From Acidobacteriota bacterium (lineage in GTDB: Bacteria > Acidobacteriota > UBA890 > WLXD01), in NCBI GenBank assembly GCA_963666055.2, contig CAXWPH010000015.1, positions 1,536,001-1,600,000 on the forward strand: a stretch of 64,000 nt of DNA. Direction: 5' to 3'. How positions within the stretch are numbered: position 1 is the stretch's first letter; each line of letters begins with the position of its first letter. Position numbers and translations under genes: made by a program. Shown here in pieces: positions 35,950 through 49,470 of the stretch. Under the pieces are notes generated by a model. The model did no database searches. It worked only from the letters and a program-made list of their open reading frames with translations, and was not told the DNA's origin.

Positions 35950-37583
35950 GCTTCCTGCAGATCGACCACCGAGCATTCTGGGATGCGTTCGCCGTCCACC
36001 TGTGGCAAAGCGCGCTCGTCGTTGCAGTACTTCTGTTGCTCGACCGCCTGCTGCGCGGCGGACCAGCCCGTCTTCGCGGCTACCTCTGGTCGATCGGGCT
36101 GCTGAAGCTGATGCTGCCCGTATCGCTGCTGGCGCCCTGGGCAGCCGAATTGCTTGCATCCCTTAGTTCCCCCAAGGCGAGCGTTACGGTGACGACTGCC
36201 GTGCGTGGTCTGCGAGCCGTGTTCGAGCCTCAGCTATGGATCGTTCCGGCGCCGCGCTTCGCCGGCGATGATGTTGTGTATCAGCTCCTCACCGTGGCCT
36301 GGCTGTTTGGTGCGGTGGCGGTGGCGGTGGCGCTGTGGCGTCGCAGGTCGACGCTGGTGCGCCAACTTTCCCGTCAGGCGACCGCGCCGCTCCCCGTGCG
36401 GCTCGGCCGCGTCGCCAGCCGTCATGGGGTAGATCCGGCCCGCATCGAGGTAGTGGATTGGCCAATCATGCCGAGCCTCGTCGGTTTGCGGCGACCACGA
36501 ATTCTGCTACCACGCTCATTGTGTGAGGCGCTCACCGCCAAGCAGCTGGGCGCGGTGGTGGCGCACGAAGATGCTCACCGACGGCTCGGCCATCCGCTCC
36601 AGCGGCTCGTCGCCATGCCGGTGCTAGTGGCTTTCTACTTCTTTCCGGTTGCTTGGCTAGTGCTTGCCAGGCTCCATCGCGTCGCCGAGCTTGCTTGCGA
36701 CGAAGCCGTCCTGCGCGCCGGCGTCGACGCGCGCACCTACTCGCAAGCTCTGGCGCGCACGCTCCGTCTTGGATTCGTGCAGGGCGCCGGTGATCTTGCG
36801 CTCTTGGTACCAAGCACATCCGTCTTCACCGCGCGACTGCGCCACATTCACGAGATCGGGAGGCCCGTCGTCATGACAAGACACCGACTCGCGCTGACTC
36901 TGGCGGCCATCACGTTCACCGTCTCGGTGGTGGCCGGCGCGTTCGGGACCCCGCCGGGGGCGGGCTCGGGCGAGCCGAGTGTCCCGCAGGCGCGCCGACT
37001 TGCCGCGCAGACTGGCCTGGAGGCAGATTTTCCGCATCTGCTCGAGCTTCGAGGCGGTGGGCGTCAGGCGAACGTCGAATTCGAGAACAGGCTGCTGCGC
37101 GATGTGCTCGAGCAGCTTGCCGGGCTGGGCGGCTTCGAGCTGGATACGTCGCAGCTTGGTGGTAGCCGGCGGGTGACGTTGGTAGCTCGCAACAGCACGG
37201 TGGCGGCCACGCTGGCGTCTCTGGCCAGGTCCGCGGACCTGTGGTTCACGGTCGAGGATCGTCGGCGGTTGGTGGCGCACGAGGTGGTCTCCATCGCGGA
37301 TCGCGAGCAGAAGCCCACACGCATTCACTACGTGGCCCCGCGCTACCCGGAGCAGGCGCGCGCCGACCGCATCCAGGGGGAGGTGGTTCTGGAGGGCGTC
37401 ATCGGGCTCGACGGTCGGATGGAGCGCATCGTGGTGACCGGAAGCGCGCATCCGCTCCTCGACGTTGCTGCGAGAGAATCTGTCGAACAATGGCGCTACG
37501 CGCCGGTCATCGTCGACGGTCAACCGGTGAAGACGCGCCTCATGGTGACGGCCCAGTTTTTTCTGCAGACGCTGCTACAGTAG
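35946..37583 (+). CDS. M56 (BlaR1-like) peptidase fused to STN-like and TonB C-terminal domains
   Basis: HLWQS, PRILLP, AHEDAH, ELACDE; C-terminal PRYPEQARADRIQGEVVL...QWRYAP. Confidence 0.9.
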   Translation: MSFLQIDHRAFWDAFAVHLWQSALVVAVLLLLDRLLRGGPARLRGYLWSIGLLKLMLPVSLLAPWAAELLASLSSPKASVTVTTAVRGLRAVFEPQLWIVPAPRFAGDDVVYQLLTVAWLFGAVAVAVALWRRRSTLVRQLSRQATAPLPVRLGRVASRHGVDPARIEVVDWPIMPSLVGLRRPRILLPRSLCEALTAKQLGAVVAHEDAHRRLGHPLQRLVAMPVLVAFYFFPVAWLVLARLHRVAELACDEAVLRAGVDARTYSQALARTLRLGFVQGAGDLALLVPSTSVFTARLRHIHEIGRPVVMTRHRLALTLAAITFTVSVVAGAFGTPPGAGSGEPSVPQARRLAAQTGLEADFPHLLELRGGGRQANVEFENRLLRDVLEQLAGLGGFELDTSQLGGSRRVTLVARNSTVAATLASLARSADLWFTVEDRRRLVAHEVVSIADREQKPTRIHYVAPRYPEQARADRIQGEVVLEGVIGLDGRMERIVVTGSAHPLLDVAARESVEQWRYAPVIVDGQPVKTRLMVTAQFFLQTLLQ

Positions 37584-37618
37584 CTGCCTGTCCGCCCGCT
37601 CGGCCAGATGGCGGCAAG

Positions 37619-38284
37619 TTACCAGAACGACACATCGTGCATCATGCGGCGGAAGAAAACGCGCGTATCCTGGCCGATGGCGACGGCGTAGGCAAGATAG
37701 GAGAGCATCACTGGGAGGCCACCCGCGTCGCCGCGGATCTGGTCGAACGCATGGTCGAGAAGCACGACGGCAATGAACACTCCTGGCACGATGAAGACTA
37801 GCTGCGCGGCGCTCTTCAGCAAGTGCCGCAGTACGTCTCTCCAGCCCCACTCCTGCACGGTCTTGGAGACGAAGGGACCGATCGTCAACACCAGCATGAG
37901 GCCCAGCCACATGCCGCAGACGTAGACCGTCGATAGGTCGACCAGGAAGTCGACCGCGGCCGCACCGGTGTCGGTATCTCCCCTCAGCAGCCGCATGGCG
38001 CCCATTAGCACGACCGGTGGCAGGATCAGCCCCAGCATCCCGCTGACCGTCATCGGCAGGAACTTGCGGAAGAGTAGTTGCATGAAGCCGGTAAAGAGCA
38101 GAAACGGGATCGCCACCAGGCCGGCCTCCGGCCGCGAGATCCAGACCGTGGCTACGAACGGCAGCGCCACGTGACCGCCGGCATACAGCATCCACAGCAG
38201 CGTCGCAGGCCATCCCGGGAGCGCGATCTTGTCTTCGGGCTCGGCGCGACCCCGGCTCCGCCGCCGCCCGTGTTTTCTTGCCAT
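37619..38284 (-). CDS. Hypothetical integral membrane protein
   Basis: About six hydrophobic segments in 221 aa. Confidence 0.7.
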   Translation of the reverse strand: MARKHGRRRSRGRAEPEDKIALPGWPATLLWMLYAGGHVALPFVATVWISRPEAGLVAIPFLLFTGFMQLLFRKFLPMTVSGMLGLILPPVVLMGAMRLLRGDTDTGAAAVDFLVDLSTVYVCGMWLGLMLVLTIGPFVSKTVQEWGWRDVLRHLLKSAAQLVFIVPGVFIAVVLLDHAFDQIRGDAGGLPVMLSYLAYAVAIGQDTRVFFRRMMHDVSFW

Positions 38285-38356
38285 TCGTGCTCGTGTCGCT
38301 TCCGCTGCCGGGCGGTATCGGTCGACTTTCGGCTGCAGTAGTCGAATCCGCCGGCG

Positions 38357-40123
38357 CTATCCGACGGCGCGCAGCAGCGGATCGCTGACGCCGATCACGT
38401 AGGCCGCCAGCAGGCCGAGCAGGCCGAGCACCGTCAAGTAGTAGAGGGTCGGGACGATCGTCTTGCGCAGCGTCGAGCCCTCCTGGCCGAGCAGCCCGAC
38501 GGTGGCCGACGCGGCGACGACGTTGTGGATGGCGACCATGTTGCCGGCCGCGGCGCCGACCGCCTGCAGAGCGACGATCAGCGCGCTCGATAGCGCCAGA
38601 CGCTCGGCAACGCCGTACTGAAACGCCGAGAACATCAGGTTGCTGACCGTGTTGGAGCCGGCGATGAAAGCTCCAAGGGCACCGATCACGCCGGCGAAGG
38701 CGGGCCAGCTGGCCCCGACGTTGGTGGCCACCCATTCGGCCAGCGCGATGGGCATGCTCAGATAGCCGCCGCTGTTGGCGCCGGAGTTGATGTATACACG
38801 CACCATGGGGACGGTGAAAACAAGGACGAACCCGGCGCTGAGCAGAACGCTGGCGGATCGTGTCGCCGCTCGCAGCATCTCCGCTCCCCGCATGCGGTGT
38901 AAGAAGAATGCGAAGCCGGCGGCGGCCATGAGCACCGTGCCGGGCAGATACAAAGGCGTCGTCGCTGCGGTGATATCAGTACCCAGAATCCCTTCCCAGT
39001 CGAAACGGGCGCGGCGGAGCCAGTCACCAAGAGGGAGCCAGGGCAGGCGCGTGAGCACCAGCATTGCGCCCACCGCTGCGTAGGGGAGCCAGGCGCGGAG
39101 CACGCTGATCGCCGGGTCGGTGGTGAGGACGTCGTGCTGGGCACCGGTGGTGGTGTCTCGGGGTGCGCCGTCGGTCTTATCCTCGAGAGGGCTCTCGGCG
39201 GTGATCTCCATGCCGCTGACCCAGTCCCGCGGCCAGTTCTTGGGGGGTGGAAAATCCCAATGATCCGCCGGGATGAGCCAGCCGCGTCGAATCACCGCGA
39301 CGACGATGGCCAGTCCCACCGGCGCGCCGAGTAGCGAGGGGAACTCCGGCCCGAGCAGCGTTGCCGCCGCCACATAAGGAACGGTGAACGCCAGGCCGGC
39401 GAACAATGACAGTGGCAGCACCGAAAGGCCCTCGGTCCACGAGCGTCGGGCACCGAAAAACCGCGTCATCACCATCACCATGAGGGTCGGCATGAGGGTG
39501 CCCGCGATGGCGTGCAGGTAGGCCGAGCGCGTCGCAACAAGGTTTACGTACTGTGCGAGCTCGATACCCGACGCGGCCAGTCGGGCGTCGAAGGCCGAGC
39601 TACCGACACCGCCCGCGACACCGACCAGTATCGGCGTGCCGGCGGCCCCGAAGGTGACCGCGGTGCTCTGTATCATCATTCCGATCACCACGGCAGCCGC
39701 AGCGGGAAACCCCATGGCGACGAGCAGCGGCGCCGCGACCGCTGCAGGCGTTCCGAATCCCGCGGCGCCTTCGATGAAGGAGCCGAAGAGCCAGGCGATG
39801 ACGATCACCTGAACGCGTCGATCGCCACTGAGCGCACCGAAGGACCGACGAATCGCCGACACACCCCCCGATTCTTCTAGCGTGTTGAGCAGGAGGATGG
39901 CGCCGAAGATGATCCACAGCAGGTCGAAGGTGAGGAACAAGCCCTGGATCGTCGAGGCGATGACCCGGATTGGCGCGACACCCCAGGCGCCCACTGCGAT
40001 CACGACGGCGGCAACATAGACCGCCGGCATCGCCCGTCGCGCCGGCACGCGGAAGCCGACCAGCAAGACACCGGCCAGCAGTATCGGCAAGACGGCTAGT
40101 GCCGCCTGCAGTCCAAGGGTCAT
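38357..40123 (-). CDS. lctP: L-lactate permease family transporter
   Basis: [43 protein letters not shown]. Confidence 0.92.
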   Translation of the reverse strand: MTLGLQAALAVLPILLAGVLLVGFRVPARRAMPAVYVAAVVIAVGAWGVAPIRVIASTIQGLFLTFDLLWIIFGAILLLNTLEESGGVSAIRRSFGALSGDRRVQVIVIAWLFGSFIEGAAGFGTPAAVAAPLLVAMGFPAAAAVVIGMMIQSTAVTFGAAGTPILVGVAGGVGSSAFDARLAASGIELAQYVNLVATRSAYLHAIAGTLMPTLMVMVMTRFFGARRSWTEGLSVLPLSLFAGLAFTVPYVAAATLLGPEFPSLLGAPVGLAIVVAVIRRGWLIPADHWDFPPPKNWPRDWVSGMEITAESPLEDKTDGAPRDTTTGAQHDVLTTDPAISVLRAWLPYAAVGAMLVLTRLPWLPLGDWLRRARFDWEGILGTDITAATTPLYLPGTVLMAAAGFAFFLHRMRGAEMLRAATRSASVLLSAGFVLVFTVPMVRVYINSGANSGGYLSMPIALAEWVATNVGASWPAFAGVIGALGAFIAGSNTVSNLMFSAFQYGVAERLALSSALIVALQAVGAAAGNMVAIHNVVAASATVGLLGQEGSTLRKTIVPTLYYLTVLGLLGLLAAYVIGVSDPLLRAVG

Positions 40124-40357
40124 CGCTGCACCCTAGCCCGGGACGCAGCTCACGTACAGTTGACGTCGGCGGCGGACTGCATCGCCCCGCGGCATGACCG
40201 TGCCTTGACGTGGGCGGCGGGGGCCGGATCGGCGCGCTGGGATCAGGCGGCTGCGCGGTCCATACAAGCGGTTAGAATCAGGGCGCGCGGACCTTAGCGC
40301 ATGCGCGGTGTTGCCGCTAGCGCGTCCGTGCAGCCTCAACAGCTTCCAGAGGACCCA

Positions 40358-41761
40358 TTGATTCGCCTCTGTGCCCTGGTACTTTTCTCGGTGTCGGCGA
40401 TCGGCGGTCTCGATCCAGGGGCGGCCACGGTCGACGAGCGCCCCAATATCCTGATCATCTATGCCGACGATCTCGGCTACGGCGATCTCGGAGCGTACGG
40501 TCACCATACCCTGCGGACCCCCAGCCTGGATCGACTCGCGCTCGAAGGGATGCGCTTCACTTCGTACTATGCGCCGGCGCCCCTGTGCTCGCCGTCGCGC
40601 GCCGCGCTGCTCACCGGGCGGACTCCGTATCGCACTGGAATCGAGAGCTGGATTCCACCAGGCACCGACGTCCAGCTCGGGGCTCGGGAAGTGACCATTG
40701 CGACGCTGCTGCAAGCCATCGGCTACCAAACGGCGATGGTCGGCAAGTGGCACCTGAACGGCGGTCTGGAGGTGGTCGAGCAGACTCAGCCGGACGATCA
40801 TGGCTTCGACCATTGGCTGGCGCTGCACGGCTGGCCAGTGCCGCACAACCGCAACCCGCGCAACTTCTTCCGCAACGGCGAAGCGCTGGGCGAGCTCGAG
40901 GGATTCACCGCCGATATCGTCATCGACGAGGCCATTGATTGGTTGCAGGGACGCGATCCAGAGCGCCCTTTTTTCCTCTATGTGCCGATGATCGAGCCCC
41001 ACTCGACCATCGCCAATCCGCCCGAGTACAACGCCCTTTACGACGAATACACCGACGGGGTGCCAGACCCGCTGGAGAACGGCTTGCCCTCGCCGCCCGG
41101 CAACTTGGCGGCGCGCGGGCCGGGCGAATACTACGCCAACGTCACCTATATGGACCACCAGATCGGACGACTGCTGGACCGTGTCGACGAGCTCGGGCTG
41201 CGCGAACGCACTTTCGTGTTCTTCGCCTCGGACAACGGGCCGGTGACGACCGACTGGCGTCGGTGGTGGGAGGTCAATCTGTACGGCAGCACCGGGGGCC
41301 TTCGCGGTCGCAAGCACGAGCTGTTGGAAGGCGGTATTCGGGTTCCCGCCATCGTTCGCTGGCCGGGCACCGTGGCGGCTGGCTCGCTCGCCGATGCTCC
41401 GGTGAGCGGCTACGATCTGCTGCCAACTCTGGCTGCCGTGGTCGGTTTCGATGTGCCAGATGATCGACCGATCGATGGCGAGGACATGTCGGCAGTATTG
41501 CGTGGCGAGGCGTGGGAGCGCCAGCGACCCTTGTATTGGGAGTTCGATGATGAGCGGGGTTTCGCTTACGCCTTGCGCGACGGCGACTGGAAACTGTTGA
41601 TCGACCGGGAGCTGCAGAGCCCGAGGCTCTACAACCTCGCGACGGATCGTTTCGAGGTGTTCGACCTGGCGGTCCAGCGACCCCAGATCGTCGCCAGCCT
41701 GGTAACCAAGTTGCGGGAGATCAGTGAGAGCGTCACCGCCGATCCGTTGCGCCCGCGATGA
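40358..41761 (+). CDS. Formylglycine-dependent sulfatase, secreted
   Basis: PNILIIYADDLGYGD, CSPSRAALLTG, GKWHL, SDNG, EGGIRVP; start uncertain (40301 or TTG 40358). Confidence 0.93.
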   Translation: MIRLCALVLFSVSAIGGLDPGAATVDERPNILIIYADDLGYGDLGAYGHHTLRTPSLDRLALEGMRFTSYYAPAPLCSPSRAALLTGRTPYRTGIESWIPPGTDVQLGAREVTIATLLQAIGYQTAMVGKWHLNGGLEVVEQTQPDDHGFDHWLALHGWPVPHNRNPRNFFRNGEALGELEGFTADIVIDEAIDWLQGRDPERPFFLYVPMIEPHSTIANPPEYNALYDEYTDGVPDPLENGLPSPPGNLAARGPGEYYANVTYMDHQIGRLLDRVDELGLRERTFVFFASDNGPVTTDWRRWWEVNLYGSTGGLRGRKHELLEGGIRVPAIVRWPGTVAAGSLADAPVSGYDLLPTLAAVVGFDVPDDRPIDGEDMSAVLRGEAWERQRPLYWEFDDERGFAYALRDGDWKLLIDRELQSPRLYNLATDRFEVFDLAVQRPQIVASLVTKLREISESVTADPLRPR

Positions 41762-41844
41762 ACGATCTCGTTCTGGCGCGTCGCGGAGCGGCCGCCAATG
41801 AGCACTCTGCTAGCTCTTCTGTGACATCTCAGGAGCCCATCAAC

Positions 41845-43257
41845 ATGCCTCGTTGGAAAATACTCGCCGGGTTGCTTATTGCCGTGATGCTGTCGACAAC
41901 AGCCGCAGTTCCGGCGTTCTCCGGTCAGCAGCCCGAGCGCTATCAGCGGCTGGCCACCGATATCCTCCGTGAGATGGTCGAGTTCCGCTCCGCCGCGGCG
42001 TCTCCGGATGAGACCGCGGCGTTGCTCGAGGCGGCCATGGGACGGCTCGCTGCGGCCGGTTTCGACGTCGACGACATGACATTGGTGCGCAGCCCCGGCG
42101 ACATTCCGAACCTGGTGGTGCGCTATGCGGGCACCGGCGCCCGCCGTCCGGTGATGCTCATGGCTCACGTCGACGTCGTCGATGCCGAGCCCGACGCTTG
42201 GCGGCTCCATCCGTTCGCCTTCCTCGAGCAGGACGGCTACTACTACGGTCGAGGAACGAGCGACAACAAGGCCGGTGCGACGACCCTGGTGACCAACTTC
42301 ATCCGGCTGCGCGAAGAGGGCTACGAGCCCGACCGCGACCTGATCATGGTGCTTACCGGCGATGAGGAGACCACCGGCGGTGGTATCAACCACCTAGTCA
42401 ACGAACGCCGGGACCTCGTGGAGGCGGAGCTCGCCCTGAACACCGATTCCGGTGGCGGCGTGTACGACCCCAACGGCGAGCCACAGATGTTCAAGGTGCA
42501 GACGAGCGAGAAGCTGTACCAGAGCTATGAGCTCGAGACCTCGAACCCGGGTGGGCACAGTTCGTTGCCGCGTCCCGACAACGCCATCTACCGCCTGGCC
42601 AAGGCACTGGGCCGCATCGAGACCCACGACTTCCCGATCGAGCTCAACGATGGCACCCGCCTCTTCTTCCAGCGCTCTGCAGCGTTCGAGCATGGGGCGA
42701 CTTCCGATCTGATGCGTATCGTTGCCGGTGAGTCGCCGGACGAGGACGCGGCGCGCCGGTTGGCGGCGGTCAGCCCTCTGTTCAACGCCACGCTGCGTAC
42801 GACGTGTGTGGCCACGATGCTGAGCGGCGGGCACGCCGAGAACGCCCTGCCGCGCGCCGCCAAGGCGACGGTGAACTGCCGCATCCTCCCGGAGCACACG
42901 CCGGAGGCCACCGAGGCGGTGTTGCGGGAGGTCATCGCCGATGAGGGTGTGTCGATTCGGCCGACCGGGGTAGCGACGCCGAGTGAGCCGTCTCCCTGGG
43001 ACGCGCAGCTGATGGAGCCGATCGAAGAGCTCGTGCAGCAAATGTGGCCGGGAACACCGGTGATTCCGAACATGGGGACCGGGGCCACCGACGGGCTGTA
43101 CGTTCGCAACGCCGGTATTCCGGTGTACGCGATCGGGGCGATCTTCGCTGATCCAGGGGACGTTCGCGCCCATGGCCTCGACGAGCGCGTCGGAGTGAAG
43201 GAGTTCCACGACGCCGTCGAGTTCTGGTACCGGATGCTGAAGACGGTCAGTAGCTGA
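41845..43257 (+). CDS. M20/M25/M40-family peptidase, secreted
   Basis: AHVDVV, GRGTSDNK, GDEE, GGHSS, GATDG, HGLDER. Confidence 0.92.
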   Translation: MPRWKILAGLLIAVMLSTTAAVPAFSGQQPERYQRLATDILREMVEFRSAAASPDETAALLEAAMGRLAAAGFDVDDMTLVRSPGDIPNLVVRYAGTGARRPVMLMAHVDVVDAEPDAWRLHPFAFLEQDGYYYGRGTSDNKAGATTLVTNFIRLREEGYEPDRDLIMVLTGDEETTGGGINHLVNERRDLVEAELALNTDSGGGVYDPNGEPQMFKVQTSEKLYQSYELETSNPGGHSSLPRPDNAIYRLAKALGRIETHDFPIELNDGTRLFFQRSAAFEHGATSDLMRIVAGESPDEDAARRLAAVSPLFNATLRTTCVATMLSGGHAENALPRAAKATVNCRILPEHTPEATEAVLREVIADEGVSIRPTGVATPSEPSPWDAQLMEPIEELVQQMWPGTPVIPNMGTGATDGLYVRNAGIPVYAIGAIFADPGDVRAHGLDERVGVKEFHDAVEFWYRMLKTVSS

Positions 43258-43279
43258 GCGGCGGCGCGTCGAATGCGTC

Positions 43280-43420
43280 GCCGGGAGCCCTCATCCGACG
43301 CTTCCAGGCTCCAGGTCATGCTGCCGCTGACCGCCAGGGTCTGCAGTGGTCCGAGTCCGCCGACCATGCGAAGAGTGGCTCCGGGTGCGCCGCGGAATCT
43401 GCATGTGCACCGCGTTGTCG
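43280..43420 (-). pseudogene. Fragment of an SRPBCC/START-like gene
   Basis: VHMQI, then a frameshift to APGATLRMVGGLGPLQTLAVSGSMTWSLEASDEG; no start codon or C-terminus. Confidence 0.5.
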
Positions 43421-43452
43421 CCGTCATCGAACCGCTCTCAGCCAGTGCTGGC

Positions 43453-46151
<2,699 letters not shown>

Positions 46152-46155
<4 letters not shown>

Positions 46156-46514
46156 TGCGTCTCCGGCACCGAGACCAGTAGATCAACGTCGGCCCGGCGG
46201 ACCAGATCGGCCAGGCGCCGAGCCTCCGCGGTGGCCACTTCGTTGCCGGCCGCGGTCAGCCGATAGTACCGGCGACGCGCGTCTTCCCCCTCATCGACGG
46301 CGTCTGTGTGCTCGATTAACCCCTGCGCGCGTAGCTCCTTGAGCGTCCGGTAGAGGGTGCCAGGGCCGAGGATCGCCTGCTGTCCGACGTGCTCGTTGGC
46401 CCGCAGCATGATTCCGTAGCCGTGCAGCGGCGCCTCCCGAAGCACCACCAGGATGCTGAACACGACGGGCCGGAGCGGCAAGTGTGCTTCGGGGTCGAAT
46501 ATCGTTCGCGGCAT
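46152..46514 (-). CDS. PadR-family transcriptional regulator
   Basis: LHGYGIM, GPGTLYRTLKEL, RRYYRLT; start set at ATG 46514, downstream of the promoter. Confidence 0.92.
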
Positions 46515-46554
46515 GGCGTAACCGTGGCGCTCGAGGGGAAAGTCTTCGCATTCG

Positions 46555-46583
46555 ACTATATCCATTACAGAATGGATAAGCAA
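46555..46583 (-). promoter_or_regulatory. Sigma70-type promoter with palindromic operator in the spacer
   Basis: TTGCTT-17 nt-TATAGT on the minus strand; TATCCATT-N4-AATGGATA at 46559-46578. Confidence 0.75.
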
Positions 46584-46720
46584 CGCGCTCGCGTCCCTCG
46601 CGGATGGAAGGGCTCAAGTTGCCGCGCTGGGGCGCCCGGGGCTGCTGGCGCGAGACTCGCGGGTGACCGGTAGACTACTGGCGCTCGTATTGTCCGCACC
46701 CCAGACTTCGAGGTAACTGC

Positions 46721-47491
46721 ATGCGCTGGCTTCGCTCCCTGTGGATGTTGTCGTTGTTGGCGATCCCGGTCGCTTGCGGCGGGACCGAGCCTGCCGCTGA
46801 GGACGCAACTCCCAGCGTCGAGCCGCCGGCGACGGTCGAGTCACCTTCGGTCGAGCTACCAGCGGCGCCGCCCGCTACCGAGCCGGAGCCGGAGCCGACA
46901 CCGACCGTTCTGCCGCCGCTGCTGAACCCGGCGCACCCCGACGCCAACGCCACGGCCCCGGCACAGTACCGGGTCGTTCTCGACACCACCAAGGGCGACA
47001 TCGTGCTGCAGATCTATCGCGATTGGGCGCCGCGGGGCGCCGACCGTTTCTACAACCTCGTGCGCACTGGATTCTTCACCGACGTGCGGTTCTTCCGGGT
47101 CGTCGAGGGGTTTGTAGCGCAGTTCGGAATGAACGGCGATCCTGAGGTCAACGCCGCCTGGGACGCGGCCGAGATGCCGGACGATCCGAGCATCGGCGAG
47201 ACCAATTCGCGCGGCCGCATAACGTTCGCGCACGCCGGGCCGAACACCCGCACGACGCAGCTGTTCCTGAGCATCGGCAACAACGCGTTTCTCGACCGAC
47301 AGGGCTTCCCGCCGTTTGGCGAGATCGTCGAGGGCCTCGGTGTGCTGGACAGCCTCCATAGGGGGTACGGCGAGGGGCCCCCGTCAGGTAGTGGACCCGA
47401 CCAGGGGCGGATTGGTGCGCAGGGTAACCGGTACCTGGAACGCGAGTTCCCGATGCTCGACTATGTGCGTCGTGCGCGCTTGCTCGAGTAG
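46721..47491 (+). CDS. Cyclophilin-type peptidyl-prolyl isomerase, lipoprotein
   Basis: VAC lipobox, Pro-rich linker, WAPRGADRF, FFRVVEGFVAQFG, TRTTQLF. Confidence 0.92.
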   Translation: MRWLRSLWMLSLLAIPVACGGTEPAAEDATPSVEPPATVESPSVELPAAPPATEPEPEPTPTVLPPLLNPAHPDANATAPAQYRVVLDTTKGDIVLQIYRDWAPRGADRFYNLVRTGFFTDVRFFRVVEGFVAQFGMNGDPEVNAAWDAAEMPDDPSIGETNSRGRITFAHAGPNTRTTQLFLSIGNNAFLDRQGFPPFGEIVEGLGVLDSLHRGYGEGPPSGSGPDQGRIGAQGNRYLEREFPMLDYVRRARLLE

Positions 47492-47581
47492 CTGGGCCTG
47501 TCGGGTGCGTGTCCACCGGAGTGTCGAGCCACATCCAAGACAGCACATTAGCGACCAGACCCCCGACGTCGGCCGATCAAC

Positions 47582-49351
47582 GTGACGTTCGAGATCGGCA
47601 TCCTACTGGTTCTTCTCGTCGGTGCCATGGTGGTTTTCTCGATGGAGTGGCTGCCGATCGATGTGGTTGCCATCAGCCTGGTCGTGGCGCTGGTGCTGCT
47701 GGGTATCCTCACGCCGGCCGAGGCGTTCGCCGGTTTTGCCAGCGACGTGATCATGGTGCTGTGCGCGATCTTCGTCCTGTCGGGCACCCTGGTTCGCACC
47801 GGGGTGATGGAGGAGGTCGGCCGCTGGCTGCACCGCCTGGCGGGCAACAGCGAGCGCCGCGTGGTGGCGGCGGTGATGACGCTCTCGGCTGGTATGTCGA
47901 GCTTTCTCAGCAACACGAACTCGACTGCCGTGCTGACCCCGGCGGTTATCGAGTTCTCGCGCCATAGTCAGCTCAGCCCGAGCCGGTTTCTCATTCCGCT
48001 GGCCTACGCGTCAATGCTCGGTGGGGCGTCCACGCTCATCGGCACCTCTGCCAACCTTGCCGCCAGTGGCTTCATGGAGCGCGCCGGTCTCGAGCCACTG
48101 AGCATGTTCGAGCTCTTGCCGGTAGGGGCGGCGATGAGCGTTGTCGGGATCGCCTACATGGTCCTCTTCGGCTACCGCCTGTTGCCAAAGACGGCGAAGC
48201 CATCGCTGAGCGAGGAGTACGACCTCGGGCGCTACCTGTCTGAGGTGGTGCTCGATACCGAGTGCGAGTTCCTCGGCAGCGACTTGATAGCGCTCGATCT
48301 TGCAGATCGGGGCGTGTACGTGTTGGCGGTGCGACGAGCCGGGACGCGGCTACTACCACGTCGTGCCGGCGTCTTACGTGCCGGCGACGTCATGGTGATC
48401 GAGGCAGATCGCCAGGCGTTGCTCGATCTGGAGGCCATGCCAGGGCTGGACTTCCAACGCCCGACGCCGCTGGTCGACGAAGATCTGGAAGGTGACGCGG
48501 TGGAGTTGGTGGAGGCGATCGTGATGCCGGGGTCGTTGTTCTTGGGTCGAACGTTGCGTGATATCGGTCTACGTAACCGCTATGGCACCTCGGTTCTGGC
48601 GATCCATCGTCGCGGAGTGCCGTACGCCATCGGACTGCGCGATTTACGTCTCGCGGTCGGCGACATCATGTTGGTGCGCGGTGGTCCCCAACAGCTGGGT
48701 CTGCTCGAGGCCACCGGCGACCTGCGTCTGATCGGCGAAGTGGCCCACGAGCCTGCTGCGCGACGCAAGGGGCTCATTGTGCTCGGGGCACTCCTGGGTG
48801 CGGTGCTGGCGGGAAGCACCGGGATCATGCCCCTGTCGATCAGCTTTCTACTTGCCGTGTTGGTAGTCGTGTTGTCTCGGTGCGTGGCCGTCGACGAGAT
48901 GTACGCGATGATCGACTGGCGGGTCATCGTGCTCATCGGCGGCATGACGTCGTTCGGGGTGGCGCTTCAGAAGACCGGAGCGGCCGACTGGTTGGCGCGG
49001 TTGTTGGCGGATGCGGTGCTGCCGTTCGGCACCTACGCAGTGATGGCCGTTTTCATTGCCCTGACGATGGTGCTTACGCAACCGCTGTCGAATGCCGCCG
49101 CGGCCCTCGTAGTGCTGCCGGTAGCGCTGTCGGTGGCGGCGCGCATCGGCGTCGACCCCCGCGCCCTGGCGATTCTCGTGACCCTTGCGGCGTCGCTATC
49201 GTTCATTGCCCCATTCGAGCCCGCGTGCCTGCTGGTGTATTCGCCGGGCAGGTATCGCTTTCGAGATTTCATCGTGGCTGGCGTGCCGCTGAGCCTTCTC
49301 GCCGTGGGCGTGCTGTTGCTTCTCGTGCCGGTCTTCTGGCCGCTCGGCTGA
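47582..49351 (+). CDS. SLC13/CitMHS-family permease with TrkA-C domains
   Basis: SSFLSNT, GGASTLIGTSANL, two RCK-C-like repeats, PGRYRFRDF. Confidence 0.9.
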   Translation: MTFEIGILLVLLVGAMVVFSMEWLPIDVVAISLVVALVLLGILTPAEAFAGFASDVIMVLCAIFVLSGTLVRTGVMEEVGRWLHRLAGNSERRVVAAVMTLSAGMSSFLSNTNSTAVLTPAVIEFSRHSQLSPSRFLIPLAYASMLGGASTLIGTSANLAASGFMERAGLEPLSMFELLPVGAAMSVVGIAYMVLFGYRLLPKTAKPSLSEEYDLGRYLSEVVLDTECEFLGSDLIALDLADRGVYVLAVRRAGTRLLPRRAGVLRAGDVMVIEADRQALLDLEAMPGLDFQRPTPLVDEDLEGDAVELVEAIVMPGSLFLGRTLRDIGLRNRYGTSVLAIHRRGVPYAIGLRDLRLAVGDIMLVRGGPQQLGLLEATGDLRLIGEVAHEPAARRKGLIVLGALLGAVLAGSTGIMPLSISFLLAVLVVVLSRCVAVDEMYAMIDWRVIVLIGGMTSFGVALQKTGAADWLARLLADAVLPFGTYAVMAVFIALTMVLTQPLSNAAAALVVLPVALSVAARIGVDPRALAILVTLAASLSFIAPFEPACLLVYSPGRYRFRDFIVAGVPLSLLAVGVLLLLVPVFWPLG

Positions 49352-49470
49352 GCCGGCCGCCGAGCGAAGTTCGCATTTGCCGAAGAAACCCTCGCCTTTC
49401 GCTATCGATGCAGCATCGCATCAGGGGACGGGCGCGTTTCCGACGAACGGCCCGGCATCGGAGAGTCGAA

